DNA of 46,375 nt, taken from assembly GCF_001194135.2 (NCBI RefSeq), contig NC_068981.1, positions 199,325,593 to 199,371,967 on the forward strand, written 5' to 3'. The position numbers and the translations under genes are program-made. The stretch is from Octopus bimaculoides. Lineage: Eukaryota. Position 1 is the stretch's first letter. Each line of letters begins with the position of its first letter. The notes beneath the pieces were generated by a model. The model was not told the DNA's origin. It worked only from the letters and a program-made list of their open reading frames with translations, and did not search any database. Positions 10,206-24,109 of the stretch are shown here, piece after piece.

Positions 10206-11889
10206 GTTAAAACAATAACAACAAAAACTGGAGCAGTTGATTTGGGGACAAAATATGAACAACACAGAAACCAGATAATGGTTTCCAACTTTACACCATT
10301 CATAAATTAGTTCTGCTAGGCACAGCTTCTGTCCCCCAGGAGACAGGTCAAGTCAAATATGGGGCATACACCATTGCAGTGTGTTACTGCATTCACAGTT
10401 TGTCAGTATATTCTCGAATCGTCCTGGGTGACCCACAGAGCCGAGTCTCAGCCTTCCCCCATCTCCATGACATACCTCCTTATCTGCTGTGATTATGTGA
10501 CATGTGGTTGACCAACATGAGTGATTAGCCCAGCTGGATCTCCAGCGGAAAGAGCATGGTGAGTCCAGCTTGGAAAATTTAGTTACCTGGCCCAAACAAT
10601 GTGAGCTGGCAGACCCTGAGTCATACAAGTAACAAGGTGTGTCCCACTTATAAACTGTACACTTCTGAACACAACACATATAATGGAACTGACATTGCAA
10701 GTCCCCTTCAAAATAAACAGCTGATACCAAAGCATGTAACATATATTCTATGGAGTCACTACAAACAATGCAACACAACAAACACAATCACCAGCCAATA
10801 AGACCCTTCTTCCTCACATAACACTTTCCCCTTATTCTTCCTTCCTATCATCCTTCATACCTTGTTTTTTTCCCTCCTACCCTCCTTTTCTCCTACTCTC
10901 CTCTCCACCTACCTTCCCTACACGATCTCCTCCTACTCAATAAATCATAGATCAAACCTTAATCAAAATACAAAAACAATGTAAATATTTAATTTTTTAC
11001 ATTTTATTGAACAAAAATAAAAATAAACAAAATCAAACCAATTTGTGGAAGAAAAAGAAATAAAATTCAAGACATTTTTCTAGATATTCTTGTGAAAGCT
11101 TGAAACATTCTAGAATAAGGTGTCACAGTTTGGTTCCTTTATTTATTGTTTTGGTAATATCGATGGAGAAGCTGAGGTGTGCTCTGAATAATAAATGTCA
11201 CATTTAGCCCCTGTATCCTTCAATTTATTGCTGTCTATTGATGCCGACTGGAATTAAAACACCTACTTTATTGAGCAAGCATGTCCAGTTTCCATGGCTT
11301 TTGTCAGTGAAAAAAATTATTGGTTTGTACAAAGCACAGTGACACTTTGATGAATAGTTCCAATAACAGACAATCTTGAATTCAGAAGCCCAGCCGCACA
11401 CCCCCACCCCACAAATATAGACTAAAAGTATCACATCTCAATAGAATTCTTAAAATATATTTATTTCATTCTAAAAGAAAATTGGGTTTTTTTTTCCCTT
11501 ATTCAAAATTGTTTAATATTTGCTAGAGAAATATTTTTTCAGTGTGAAATATTTTTTCAGTGTGAAATGAAGTAAAAAAATATAGGTTTCGATCTGACTT
11601 TATTCTCAAAGTTAGATTTCATCCTAAATGAATACAAAAAACTGGTCGTTCAATTACATTTATGTTCTTCTGTAAGGAAAAAAAAAATTTAAGAACATCA
11701 AAACTTTTCTTTCTCATGGAACTTTTGCAACTTTTGGCAGAAATTCTGCTTCATTTTACATGGTAAGTGATAGGTTCATTATTTTTCGCATTGGCTCCAT
11801 ATGTGTGTGCGTGTGTGTGCGTGCATGTGTGTGGATTTGTATATATACAAACACACACACATATATATACCTTTGAAAATGTGCTGTGC

Positions 11890-12203
11890 GTGAGAAGACC
11901 CGGCAAGCCAAGTGAGATCGTTGCCAGTGCCCCTGGACTGGCTCTTGTGTGGGTGGCACATAAGATGTACCATCCTGAGCGTGACCGTTGCCAGTACCGC
12001 CTGACTGGCCTTGTAGGGTTTTCGAGCGAGATCGTTGCCAGTGCCCTTGGACTGGCTCTTGTGCGGGTGGCACATAAAAGACACCATTTCGAGCGTGGCC
12101 GTTTTCGTGCGGGTGACACGTAAAAGCACCCACTACACTCTCTGAGTGGTTGGCGTTAGGAAGGGCATCCAGCTGTAGAAACTCTGCCAAATTAGATTGG
12201 AGC
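11890..12203 (+). mobile_element. Young RTE-tail element with internal 114-bp tandem modules
   Basis: gagatcgttgccagtgccc.tggactggctcttgtg.gggtggcacataa starts at 11914 and again at 12028. It is followed by gtggttggcgttaggaagggcatccagctgtagaaac. CpGs are retained. Confidence 0.75.
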
Positions 12204-12743
12204 NNNNNNNNNNNNNNNNNNNNNNNNNNNNNNNNNNNNNNNNNNNNNNNNNNNNNNNNNNNNNNNNNNNNNNNNNNNNNNNNNNNNNNNNNNNNNNNNN
12301 NNNNNNNNNNNNNNNNNNNNNNNNNNNNNNNNNNNNNNNNNNNNNNNNNNNNNNNNNNNNNNNNNNNNNNNNNNNNNNNNNNNNNNNNNNNNNNNNNNNN
12401 NNNNNNNNNNNNNNNNNNNNNNNNNNNNNNNNNNNNNNNNNNNNNNNNNNNNNNNNNNNNNNNNNNNNNNNNNNNNNNNNNNNNNNNNNNNNNNNNNNNN
12501 NNNNNNNNNNNNNNNNNNNNNNNNNNNNNNNNNNNNNNNNNNNNNNNNNNNNNNNNNNNNNNNNNNNNNNNNNNNNNNNNNNNNNNNNNNNNNNNNNNNN
12601 NNNNNNNNNNNNNNNNNNNNNNNNNNNNNNNNNNNNNNNNNNNNNNNNNNNNNNNNNNNNNNNNNNNNNNNNNNNNNNNNNNNNNNNNNNNNNNNNNNNN
12701 NNNNNNNNNNNNNNNNNNNNNNNNNNNNNNNNNNNNNNNNNNN

Positions 12744-13132
12744 CTGACTTTGGTATTCCCTCTGCCAAGTATTCCCTCTTCTGCAGGTCACCTGTTTTCT
12801 GTCCCTCTATTTATACTTTAACCTCTCATCACCTGGCACAAAGTCACCTCCCTCAATATCACTTCCCCTCTCAGTTACGGGGGGGGGGGGACTTTGTCTT
12901 GCAAGTTACGGGGTGACCTCACTGGTGCCAGTATCGTGTAAGAAGCATTCAACACACTCTGAAAAGTGGTTGCTGATAGGAAGCGCATCCAGAAATAGAA
13001 ACCATACCAAAGCTGATAACAGAGCTCGGTAATAGTTCTCTGACTTGTCAGCTCCTGTCAAGCCATCCAATCCATGCCAGCATGGAAAACAGATTTCAAA
13101 TGATGACAATGATGATGATGATGACGACGATG
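12744..13132 (+). mobile_element. RTE LINE 3' UTR fragment with (GAT)n tail
   Basis: Pyrimidine-rich UTR followed by aagtggttgctgataggaagcgcatccag...catccaatccatgccagcatggaaaacag...gatgatgat. Confidence 0.7.
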
Positions 13133-13953
13133 ATATGTGTGTGTGTGTGTGTGTGTGTATATAAGTGCATGTATGTTTATATGTATGTATGCCTGTATAT
13201 GTGTGTAGTAACAAGATATAACTTGGTGTGTGGATATACAATACATGCAATTGTTGATGTGATGAGTCGTGGTGAGGGCTGAGGTGGGCAATGGAGGTGA
13301 GAAGCTGTGTGTAGGGGTCCTTCCTTTTCTCACTGGAAGCCAATGTCAGGAAGGAACCAGAAGGGAAAAACGACAAACAGAAGAGAATCCTAAAACGATC
13401 GGCCCATGGAGCAGACCTTCCTTCTGCTTCTTTCTTCTACCCTTTTCATTATTTACTGCTTCTTTTTCCTGTGGTTAAGGTAAGGACAGATTATTTTTTC
13501 CTTGGTTCACTTAATTCTTGATAGAACAACCTAACAAATCTATAATCTACCCCTCAGGTAAAATATTGCCTAACAATGAACAAAATACTTGGAATGCTTA
13601 ATCCACCACCACCACCACCACCACCACCATACCATTCCGTCCATGCTTCCTTTCTTTATTCATCTTTCATGCAATAATCTGGAGATCAATTTGTATCCAG
13701 TTATTCCAGCAACATTTATTTCATAAGGTTTCCAAATATCTGCAGAATATTTAGAAATTTTCTTTACAATCATTTTTCTTTGGATCAAAACAACTCTGGG
13801 AAATAAAACTTCAAAAAAGTGAAATAAGAAAGAAATAAAATCAAAATCTCAAGCCAAAAGAACCCCCCTTCCAACCATACCCTACCCCAGAAAACAATAA
13901 AAAATTGAAAATACTCAAAGGAGCAATGTAGTAGTTATGTTATTAACAAGAAT

Positions 13954-13990
<37 letters not shown>

Positions 13991-15301
13991 AAACAATATT
14001 GTAAATAATAATTGAACAACTTGTAAAACCAAAACTATTGTCAGAGAATCAATATAAAAGAATGCACATTATTCAAAAATGTAAATGTAGGAGTTGGAAA
14101 AGATTATTTTTAAAAAATCCAGAAGCTTCTATGAGAAATTTTTTGCACAGCACTAAAGGATTTTTTTTCAGATTTTGAGTTGGGAGAATGTGGTTTTGTT
14201 TTTTCATATTTTTCAACTAAAAGAGTTGTTTTATGGTAACTCTCTTCTTTTTACTGAAGGTAAACATTATTTTTGTGACTTGGCGAACAGAAATGGAACT
14301 GCTTGATGTATATTTTAAGAGAATTAGGAATAAGGTAAGACATGGTACAATGAAGCAGTTGAACTTAAGACATACATTGTGACTGTTTAGTTTGATGAAA
14401 GAAAATCGAAAGGTGATATGTTTGAAATAACATTGTCACTGAAGATGAAGAAGATAGACTTCATGTTCTAGTATTAGTTGATGCTGTTGTTTCTTCCCCA
14501 TTCAAGCTTAACGCAACAAACCAATGATGCAAGATGAGGTTACACTAATTTCTATCTCTTTTTTTTCTTCTTCCAGAAATGTCTATCGAAAGCTAATACT
14601 GGTAGCTTATGGTTTGAGAGAGAGATTATAGTGAAATATGTTAATGTGCTGGAAACTAAACAAGAAGCAACACCTGTTTCACGATTGGAGAGGAAAATAA
14701 TATTGATTCCCTCAAACTAAAATACCAAAGGAGCCCACATAATTATTGGACAAATAAACTCCAAAACCTCCAACTCTTATTTACTGGGATAAACAATAAT
14801 ATATTTGTCAGAAGAACAGAAATGAAGCATGATTGAATGTACGGCTGCAAAGGGTTAACTCTTAGTGAACCAAAGAATTATAGAAAGCAATAAATAAAGA
14901 CAAAACTGAAGCCTAGCTTGGATTAACTACAAAAAGGTATTTGATAGCATTCCACACTGCTAAATACTGGAGACTGTAAATTCTAAAGAAACTACATCAG
15001 CAATACCAGGACAAAACAGCAATAACATTAAAAGACAAAGAAATGATAAAAAAAAAACAACCTCAAAGTCTTTACATAGAAATGGAATCTTCCAGGGAAA
15101 CTGACAAAAAATATGTGCCATTGACAAACTATAAGTGCCACAGACATATATTGTATGGGTGATACTGACAAAGTATAAACTACTTTCTCTTCGCAGACAA
15201 ACTTTAAAATATTTACAACAGAAAATTCCCCAATTGGTAAACTTAGCCAAAATTGTTTCAAAATTCAGCAAAAGCATAAAATTAAGAATGGATTTAGACA
15301 G

Positions 15302-15329
15302 TACATACATACACACATACATGCATACA

Positions 15330-15385
<56 letters not shown>
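15302..15385. repeat. (ATAC)n microsatellite
   Basis: Direct reading of the sequence. Confidence 0.9.
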
Positions 15386-15386
<1 letters not shown>

Positions 15387-15734
15387 CTGGGAAATATTAC
15401 TTTGCTTGGAAACCTGTAGGATTTGTGAGAGGTGGGGCATCTGGCCATAAGATATTTTTTGCAGCAAATTCACTGTAATCCAGTGATGTACAGATGTCTC
15501 TTTCTGGTGCCCTCATTTGTCATTCCGTTTATTGAAAGTTCCTATGGCAATGGAAGAATGGTGACATATGCAGACATAACCAGTTGCAAGTTCATGGTAC
15601 ATTACAACTTTCATCTGTCACCTCTGCTCCAAAGCCTGCAGGTCTGCCATGGAACTGAATAGTCATCTGAGAGGTCAGGGATGGAGAGTCAGAAATGCCA
15701 TTGAGGAAGCACAAGGAGATTGCAATCACCATGT

Positions 15735-16085
15735 TATGTCGAGCAAAGAAACAGGCTTGGAATGCCTGGAAAAGTGGGGGTAGCTGAGAACGGTATCAGA
15801 TAGCCAAAAGGGAAGCTAAAAAACAGGTATATGAAGCCAGGGGAGAAGTAGGAAAGAAGTTTGCCTATGTTCAGTAAAGACCAAAGACTTGAAGTGTTTC
15901 GGATTGCTAGACTGTGCGAGAGAAAGTTGTGATGTCATAGGAGAGAAATGTGTCTGCATGGATGATAGTAGACTTCCCTTTAATGATTCTGCAAAGGAAG
16001 AAGCTTGGAGAAGCCATTATGAAAGTCTGCTGAATATGGAGAATGAATGGGAAGAGGAGAGTCTGCCAAATGTCGACACAACAAA
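15735..16085 (+). mobile_element. RTE LINE fragment (linker before RT)
   Basis: AKKQAWNAWKSGGS...AKREAKKQVYEARG...CDVIGEKCVCMDD...AKEEAWRSHYESLLNMENEWEEESLPNVD, homologous to 33103-33354. Confidence 0.8.
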
Positions 16086-17347
16086 ACCTGAAAGAAACAG
16101 AAAATATAAGTTTTATTAAAATGATTCTTGGCCAGTTTTTCATTTCGTTATCCTTTCATTTATTATCCTCCATCCTGCATTACCTTCAGATCTCTGTCTA
16201 TTTACTCATCTTATATAGATGAGGCAGGTGTTTAGCACATCTCTTTAAAACCAATGTTTTGAGACACAGAGATCTTTGCCAGAAAAGTTCTTACAATAAT
16301 GTGGAATATTTTTGAATCAGTTTAATCTTATTTTTGATTGTGTTCTTCAAAAAGGTGGTAATGAAAGAGTTTATCTAATGAAGAGAAAATATGATTCTTC
16401 GTAAGTTATTGAGCCAAGTGTATTGAGATCACAAAGCATTGTACTGGAAACATCTTCTGGTTGAGCTGTATACTTTGGAAATCTCTTTCGACTGGTGAAA
16501 TGATGTTCTACATAAAGAACTGTGACAGCTGACAACTGATCACCACTTACAGACGACAACAATAGAATCAACAACAACAAAAAAACCCCCAACAAAATGT
16601 ATCTATTGTTAGTTCAAAATGTTTCACTTTCCAACAGGTTGTGTGTTGTTTTTAACTTGTTTATTTTTATCCAATAATACCACAAAATATAATTGATAAT
16701 ATATTTTCACGAGTCATTAATTTCTGACAATAAATTATCTTCTCAGAAAATTTGAAAAGTGAAGAAAATAACCATGAAATATCGTCAGTATATTTTCCCA
16801 CGCATATTACACACTTCGTTTTCATTAGTTATTTTTGAATGAAATAGATTTACTTTCTTCCCAGATAATTATTACAAATGAACATTTAGAAATATGTACA
16901 ACAATCTTTATCAGAGAAGAGATTTTAATAAAATGTTCCTTATCATCTATTTTACCAAGTGAAACGTAAGTCCAGCGAAACAGAAGTGTATGCTTGAGCG
17001 CCATCTGGATACTTCTGCTGGAAACTGATCGACCATCGATTGGAAATAAGTTAATTTAGTGACGACCAGAAACGTTGCTCTTTTAATCAATATAAAAACA
17101 TAAACCCATCTCTTCGTTCTTTCCCAAATACTTCAAATGTCTTCTCTTTAGAAACAGTTCGATATTTTATTTTGTCTCCAACTGATTTCTTCTGCTCTGT
17201 CATCAAAACACTTCTCCATATTTTCTGTTATATTATTAGATTTTAATACTTTTTATACAGAAGAATATTTTAATATTCAATTCTATTTTACATACATGCA
17301 TACATACGCACATACATGCATGTATGCATCCATCCATACATACACAT

Positions 17348-17408
<61 letters not shown>

Positions 17409-17504
17409 TCTTCTCTAGCACAATGTTTATATTTCACATTCTATCTTACATGTTAAAACAATACTATTCTACATAACAATACATTCTACTGATATATAGA
17501 ATAA

Positions 17505-18372
17505 CATCGTCATCATCATCATCATCATCCTCATTTGATGTCTGTTGTCCATGCTGGCATGGGTTGGACGGTTTGGCAGGAGCTAGCAAGCTGAGAAGCT
17601 GCACCAGGCTCCAGTTGTCTGTTCTGGTATGGTTTCTAAAGCTGGATGCTCTTCCAAACACCTACCACTCTACAGAGTGTATTGAGTACTTTTTATGTGA
17701 TATCAGCAAAGGTAATTTTACATGGCACTGGCACAGGGGATCTTTACATGGCACTAGCACAGGTGCCTTTTGCATGGCACCAGCTCCAGCTGGGACAGCA
17801 AATAACTTGGAAGACGGAGACTAGTTTGTTGAGAGATTGAATGAGAATCAAGGGAAGTGGCTGTGTGTCAAGTGAGGGGTTAGAATATGAGAGAGGGACA
17901 GGGATGGTTGTCTTATGACAGAGGAGATACTCGGCCACCCTAGTGGGACAAGGAAAGGGAAGGAAGATGGGAGAGAGTTAGAAAGACAGAGAGACAGTCA
18001 GAGTGAGTGAGAGAGTGAGTGAGAGGGAGAGGGAAATAGATGGTGTTAGAGATGTACTGGGACCTATCCACAGGGAACATGACAGGGAGAGAGTATATAA
18101 GCAGTACAGAGGGGGTATGTTCTATGAGAGTGTGAGGGGGATGTGTTTAGAAATGGGGATAAAAGGGCATGGAGAGTGTTCAGATAGGCACAAGAAAGAG
18201 TGGAGGGGAGGAGCCTACAGCAGGTGTTGGGAAGGGGGGGGAGTTTATTATAATCATCATTTAACTTACTTTTTTTTCCTTGCTGGCATGGGTTGGATGA
18301 CTTATGCATATACATATACTTTAAATCCAAACATGCACCTCTCTCTCTCTCTCTCTCTCTCTNNNNNNNNNN

Positions 18373-18413
<41 letters not shown>

Positions 18414-20285
18414 CACACATATGCATGTGATGACAAAAAGGAACAGACTCCATACAGCATAACTACACATACAGACAGAGAGGGCTACTAATGGGAGTTG
18501 CAAGAGGAGCATTTCATGAAGATCTTTAATAGAAGTGGTTGGTGGGGGTGGGTAGGGTGGCAGAAAGAGGAGGAAAAGGTTCAGATTGCATTGCTATTTT
18601 TCATAAAAATAGTTCTGAAAATTACTTTAAAATTAGAGCATCATCATCACCACCAATAGATTCTCCTCTCCTGCATGCCACATTTAACCCCTCATATGCC
18701 TCACTTTTCTCTCAATACAGTTGTGCTTTGTCCTACATGTGCCCTGATATTGCAAATCCAACGGAGCATACTATGTTCATTCCTCTCCAGTCTATGCATG
18801 GCCTCTGCAGTCAGAGCCCATGTCCCACTATCATGTAATACAGCCGTTCTTACACAGGCATCATACAATCTACCTTTCACTCTGCGAGAGAGAGCCCTCT
18901 TGTGGCCAACAGAAGTAGTAGCTCTCTGAACTTCCTCCATCCTATTCTTATTCTAGAAACAATACTTTCAGAGCATCCACCCCCACCCCCTTTACTAATC
19001 TGGTCACCTAAATAGCAGAAACTATTTACTACCTCAAGAGAGCCTCCTGGGCATTTGAGAGAGTTTAAGTCCCTCGTGCCCTTCGTGCTTATTGTTCCTG
19101 TGCATCTGCCACACATGGAAGCGACCTTATCTGTTAATCTACCTCCAATTCTACTGCATCTCTTATGCATCCTTGACTTACCACCACCACCACCACCACC
19201 ACCACCACCATTATCATTTTCCATTTACCTGATGGAAGGAGAGTCTTGTCTGCTTTCTTGCTAGCAACAACTTTAGTCTTTGCTGAGTTAACTTTAAGGC
19301 CCTTTGATTCTAGGTTTTGCTTCTAGACCCAAAACTTTTTCTACAATTCTGCTTCAGATTCTGCAATAAGAGCAAGATCATCAGCATTTCGTAATTTCCA
19401 TGGGCATCCAGTTTTGAATTGCTCTGTTATGGCCTGGAGGACTATGAGTGAACTAAGAACTGATCCCTGGGGTACTCCAACTTGTACATTAAATTCATCA
19501 CTGTATTCAAGGCCAACAACTCTCACCTTCCTGACAGCCTCGCTGTACATGGCTTGAAAAGCTCTAACAAGCCACTCCTCTACTCCTAGCTTCCTTAGAG
19601 ACCACCAAATAAGAGAGCAGGGAACCTTGTCGAAAGCTTTCTCCAGGTCGACGAAGGCTAAGTACAATGGCTTACTTTTGACCAAATACATTTTTTGCAA
19701 CTGTCTCACTAGGAAGATGGCATCTGTGGTACTTCTGGGAACAAAACAAAACTGCATCTCATGTAGCTTAATTGTATCCCTAATCAGGGACAGAATGAAA
19801 TAAAACTCTTTCTGTAATTTCCATGTCCCGCTCCAGCGGCTTGATACCTCTGTAGTTGTTTCTTTCTAAAGCATCACCTTTATTCTTATGGCAGTTAACT
19901 ATAATGATACTATACTAGTCTTTGGGGGATGATGCCTTCTTGAATAACCTGATTGACTATGTGAGTGACTGGTGAGAATCCCACACAGCCTGATATTTTA
20001 ATCATCTTGGCAGTAATACCCAAAGGTCAGGGGGCTTTCTCTGTCTTCATATCCTTAACTGCTTCATCTTTTATACTTCTATCAACTCTGATGGCTGGTT
20101 CGATATTTGAAAGACTCTCCTTCTCCCAATCATTCTCCACATTTAATAAACTTTCATAATGGCATCTCTACTCATCTTTCTTCTGTGGGTCACCAAGTGC
20201 AAGCATACCATTAGCCATTCGCACACACCTACCACATCTCTATTCCCTCTGATACACTGCTTTGCTCAGATTTGTGCCTCAGAGG
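17505..20285 (-). mobile_element. 5'-truncated RTE-clade LINE (RT, long 3' UTR, (GAT)n tail), interrupted by microsatellites
   Basis: RT motifs STTDAIFLVRQLQ, LAFVDLEKAFDKVP, GVPQGSVLS and ADDLALIAES (19341-19757). FCYLGDQIS (18877-19224). KGRLYDACVRTAVLH (18701-18940). Tail at 17505. Confidence 0.85.
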
Positions 20286-21056
20286 GCAACTTTCAAGGTG
20301 CAATCCCATGACCCTCCATGACCAAATGGGGGTCTACTTTTTTTTTTTTATATCACCACCAATGCTACTACCATCACCACCACCACCACCACCACCACCA
20401 CCACCACCATCACTATTCTTTTCCAGTGAAATGCAGGCCATTAAATATTTCATTGACAACCACCATTCAGTGAATTATTGATTCAAACCAAGCCTGGTGA
20501 AAAGCTGTATTCACAGGAGAAGGTGAACTTGCCAGATCTGCTTTCCAACATTTTCCCAACTTTTATTAAGTAAGAGATTATGCCCAGCTAACACAGAAAT
20601 ATCGTTTCATTAATTACATCACATTAATAACTTCTTGACACTAAATACTGACAAAATATACTCAGAAAGACACATTTTAGTAACTCTAACAGATGTTACA
20701 AATCTCAGCAGTTTTAATATTTTATTTATATATTTAGGACGCTTTTACATTATTAAACTGAAATATAGGAAAACTATTCATGGCTGTGTGACCATTTGGT
20801 ATGAGAAAGTGGTTTAAACATGAAGCGTAATCAGAGATGCATCACTGTTATTTTAATATCTTTATGTGTTATTATAAAACTAATGAGACCTGTGAATATT
20901 TCATGGAATTAATGGTAAGCCTTTTGGGTTATTTCTGGAAACTTTATCCAAAAAAACCTGAAAGCGCAGTCTGTGTTGTGTCTGCTACTCATTGAAAGGA
21001 GAAAGGAATCGGAATATGATGATTACTTAATGCAATTTATATATAAACACCTTATA

Positions 21057-21281
21057 AGGTGTGGTGAGCTGGCAGAAACGTTAGCATGCTGGACGAAATA
21101 CTTAGTGGTATTTCATCTGTCTTAACGTTTTGAGTTCAAATGCAGCCAAGGTCGACTTTGACTTTCATCCTTTCAAAGTCGATAAAGTAAGTACCAGTTG
21201 CATACTGGGGCCGATCTTATCGACTGGCCCCCTCCCCCAAAATATCAGGCCTGTTGCCTAGAGTAGGAAAAAAAAAGAATA
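21057..21281 (+). mobile_element. tRNA-derived SINE
   Basis: A box in gagctggcagaaacgttag, B box GAGTTCAAATGC, central block ggtcgactttgactttcatcctttc...aagtaccagttg shared with 5731-5940, and an A-rich tail. Confidence 0.85.
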
Positions 21282-21329
21282 TATACAGTTTACATACTTC
21301 ATTTACCAGAAGTGTTGTTTCCCAGAAGA

Positions 21330-21750
21330 AAACTACACCCCCGCCCCACTTCCCTTCCCAAAATGCTTCTCTTCCTCACATTTCCTCTTCATACACTGTG
21401 ATTATCTCCCACTCCCCAATCCTGCCTTTGCAGCCCTGCTCACTGTATCAGTGCATCTCCCCCGTCCCCCCTCCCCTGCTACATACCCAGATTCTCACCA
21501 GTCGCAACATTCCCCACCCCCACTCCCCAGCCCAGTCCTCACTACATCGCTGCTTCCCCCTGTTCCCTCCCCCTCTATATACCCAGATTCTTTCCAGTCC
21601 CTGCATTCTCCTACTCCCTACTTGCGACTCCTTGGCAAATACCCTGCCAACACCTGCCACAATTCATCTCCCATCCATGCCTTGATCCCCCCCCCCCGTT
21701 CCTTGCAAATATAGCCTGGCACCTGCTACCATCTCCTCCTTCCTGTTCTT
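21330..21750 (+). mobile_element. RTE-family 3' UTR segment, inverted relative to the adjacent copy
   Basis: cctgcctttgcagccctgctcactgtatcagtgcatc matches the reverse complement of 31430-31470 and about 22610-22650. Contains an internal duplication of cccctcccct...atacccagattct..ccagtc. Confidence 0.55.
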
Positions 21751-21832
21751 CTTGTCTCCTACTCTCACTCTAGCTTTAGAGATATTTCCTAATGCACCTG
21801 TAACTACTGGGATACATTTTACCTGCACTTTT

Positions 21833-23860
21833 CATCATCATCATCATCATCATCATCATTTAACGCCCGTGTTCCATGCTGGCATGGGTAGGATGGTACC
21901 ACAAGAGCCAGCCAGGCTGATGCCTGCACCAGATATCTGTGACTGTTTTCGCAGGATTCTTACAGCTGGATGTCCTTTCCTAACACCAACCACTCAGCAG
22001 AGTGGACTTAGTGCTTTCTATGTGGCACAAGCACAGGCTATGAGGTCAGTTTTGGCCAGGTTTTTACAGCTGGATGCCCTTCCAAATGCCAACCACTTTA
22101 CAATGTGGACTGGATGCTTTTTAAGTGGCACCTTCTGTGACAGGGTCACCAAGTACTTGCAAGGCAAAACCTTTTAAGGGGGGAGGAGGTGATGATGAAA
22201 AGGTTATAGGGAGACAGATACAGGTGTGTAGCTGAAGAGGAAGTACAAAGTTAACTGGCCGGAGAGAGAGAGAGAGAGTTCAGGAATGAAGAGAGAAACA
22301 GGTGTGCTACCGCAAAGAAAATACACAGTTGCTCAAACTGAGGGAAGTGCAGGAGAAGGAAAGAGAGAGAGTGGGAGACAGCAGGATGGAGAGGGTGGCA
22401 AAGTGCTGGGCATGCTTACAAGGGACAGGGATCAGAGTATAAATGAGATGGATGAGTAAAGGAAGAAAGAGATATGGATGGCGGCATACCCTTGAGGTCC
22501 AAATGCCATAATATAAGTGACAGGATATTGTGAAGGGAGTGCAATTAAAGAGTGCAAGTAAGTGGTGAAAGGCCTGGGGATGTATAGAGTTGGGGGGGGG
22601 GGGCTACTGGATAGCAATGATACAGATGAACAGGGGTGTGGGGACAGGATTAGGGAGTGAGAGCTAGGCATAGTGAATGAAGGAAGAAATGTGAGAACGA
22701 GAAGAGATGTAAATTGGTTTGTTGGGGTCAGGTGAGGGAAAAGTTATCTTGTTATGTGTGGGTGGAACACCCAGGTCGGGGGCAGCAGATGGCAATAATA
22801 GAGTGAGACAAGACATGTGGATAGAACGCACAGGTCGGGAGCAAGCAGAGAGCAAGTGGCACCAGGCCAAGAGGACGAGATTGGGGAGTGGGAGGTAATC
22901 AAAGTACATGAATGTACTCTTGCAGAAATGTGAGGAAGAGAAGGGATGTAGGGATGTAATTTGGTTCATTGTGGTAGAATGTGTGAGAATGTGTGAGAAT
23001 GTGTGAGAAGACCCATCCACTGACATGGATGGGTCTTCTCAAGAACTTCATATCACCNNNNNNNNNNNNNNNNNNNNNNNNNNNNNNNNNNNNNNNNNNN
23101 NNNNNNNNNNNNNNNNNNNNNNNNNNNNNNNNNNNNNNNNNNNNNNNNNNNNNNNNNNNNNNNNNNNNNNNNNNNNNNNNNNNNNNNNNNNNNNNNNNNN
23201 NNNNNNNNNNNNNNNNNNNNNNNNNNNNNNNNNNNNNNNNNNNNNNNNNNNNNNNNNNNNNNNNNNNNNNNNNNNNNNNNNNNNNNNNNNNNNNNNNNNN
23301 NNNNNNNNNNNNNNNNNNNNNNNNNNNNNNNNNNNNNNNNNNNNNNNNNGTACATACACATCCAATGGAGCATATTGCCTTCATTTCTCTCCAGTCTACG
23401 CATGTCTTATGCATTCAGTGCCCATGTCTCACTACCATGGCATATAGCTGTTCACACACAGGCATCATATAGTCTACCTTTCACTCTGGGAGAAAGAATC
23501 CTTTTGTTGCCAACAGAGGTAATGGCTCTCTGAACTTCCTCCACCCAATTCTTATTCTAGAAATAATACTTCCAGAGCATCCTCCACCATGGCTAATTTG
23601 GTCACTTGGGAAACAGAAACTGCCTACAACCTCAAGAGAACCTCCTGGATATTTGAAAGAATCTAAGCCCTGTGTGCTCTGAGTGCTTATAGTTCCTGCA
23701 CATCTGCCACATATAAAGACGACTTTATCTGTTAATCTACCTGTGATTCCACTGCATCTCTTACATGTCCATAATCTACACTGGGTGCAGCAAATGGAAT
23801 TACTTCCAACTCCTTTCCTACATATTGAACAATTATTTTCCCTTTGCACTTTTGACTGCA
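21833..23860 (-). mobile_element. 5'-truncated RTE-clade LINE with PHD-type finger, long 3' UTR and (GAT)n tail
   Basis: CSICRKGVGSNSICCTQCRLWTCKRCSG...CGRC...GSFCFPSDQIS...RIRIGWRKFRE (23481-23861). UTR homologous to 30800-31640. Confidence 0.85.
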
Positions 23861-24109
23861 ATTTCAGTCCTGGTCAGTATCTTGATGACGACCTGTCAGA
23901 ACTCGGTCAGATGTTCCCTGCCTGTCATGTGCCACACCTTCACTGTTCACAGTTCCACTCTCTTTGATGCAGTTGTGGTTATTAATTAATTTTGACGTCA
24001 CTCATTCAGAGATAGCATTTGTAAGGTTGTGCAATCACCAAGTCTCCAAGAATCCACACTTGCCCTCTTAGTGCCAGTCGTATTCAGTCCATTGTTTTAT
24101 ATTATTATT

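Noticed and set aside
10353-10787. 144-aa Cys-rich ORF
   Set aside because: No recognisable motif spacing; it lies in repeat-like sequence with parts resembling 2800-2850.
11506-11550. 18-bp direct duplication gaaatattttttcagtgt
   Set aside because: An ordinary slippage duplication in AT-rich DNA with nothing between the copies.
17022-17095. CTGATCGA...GGAAA and TGACGA-CCA-GAAACGTT as hammerheads
   Set aside because: The core is interrupted or helix II is absent, and there is no helix I.
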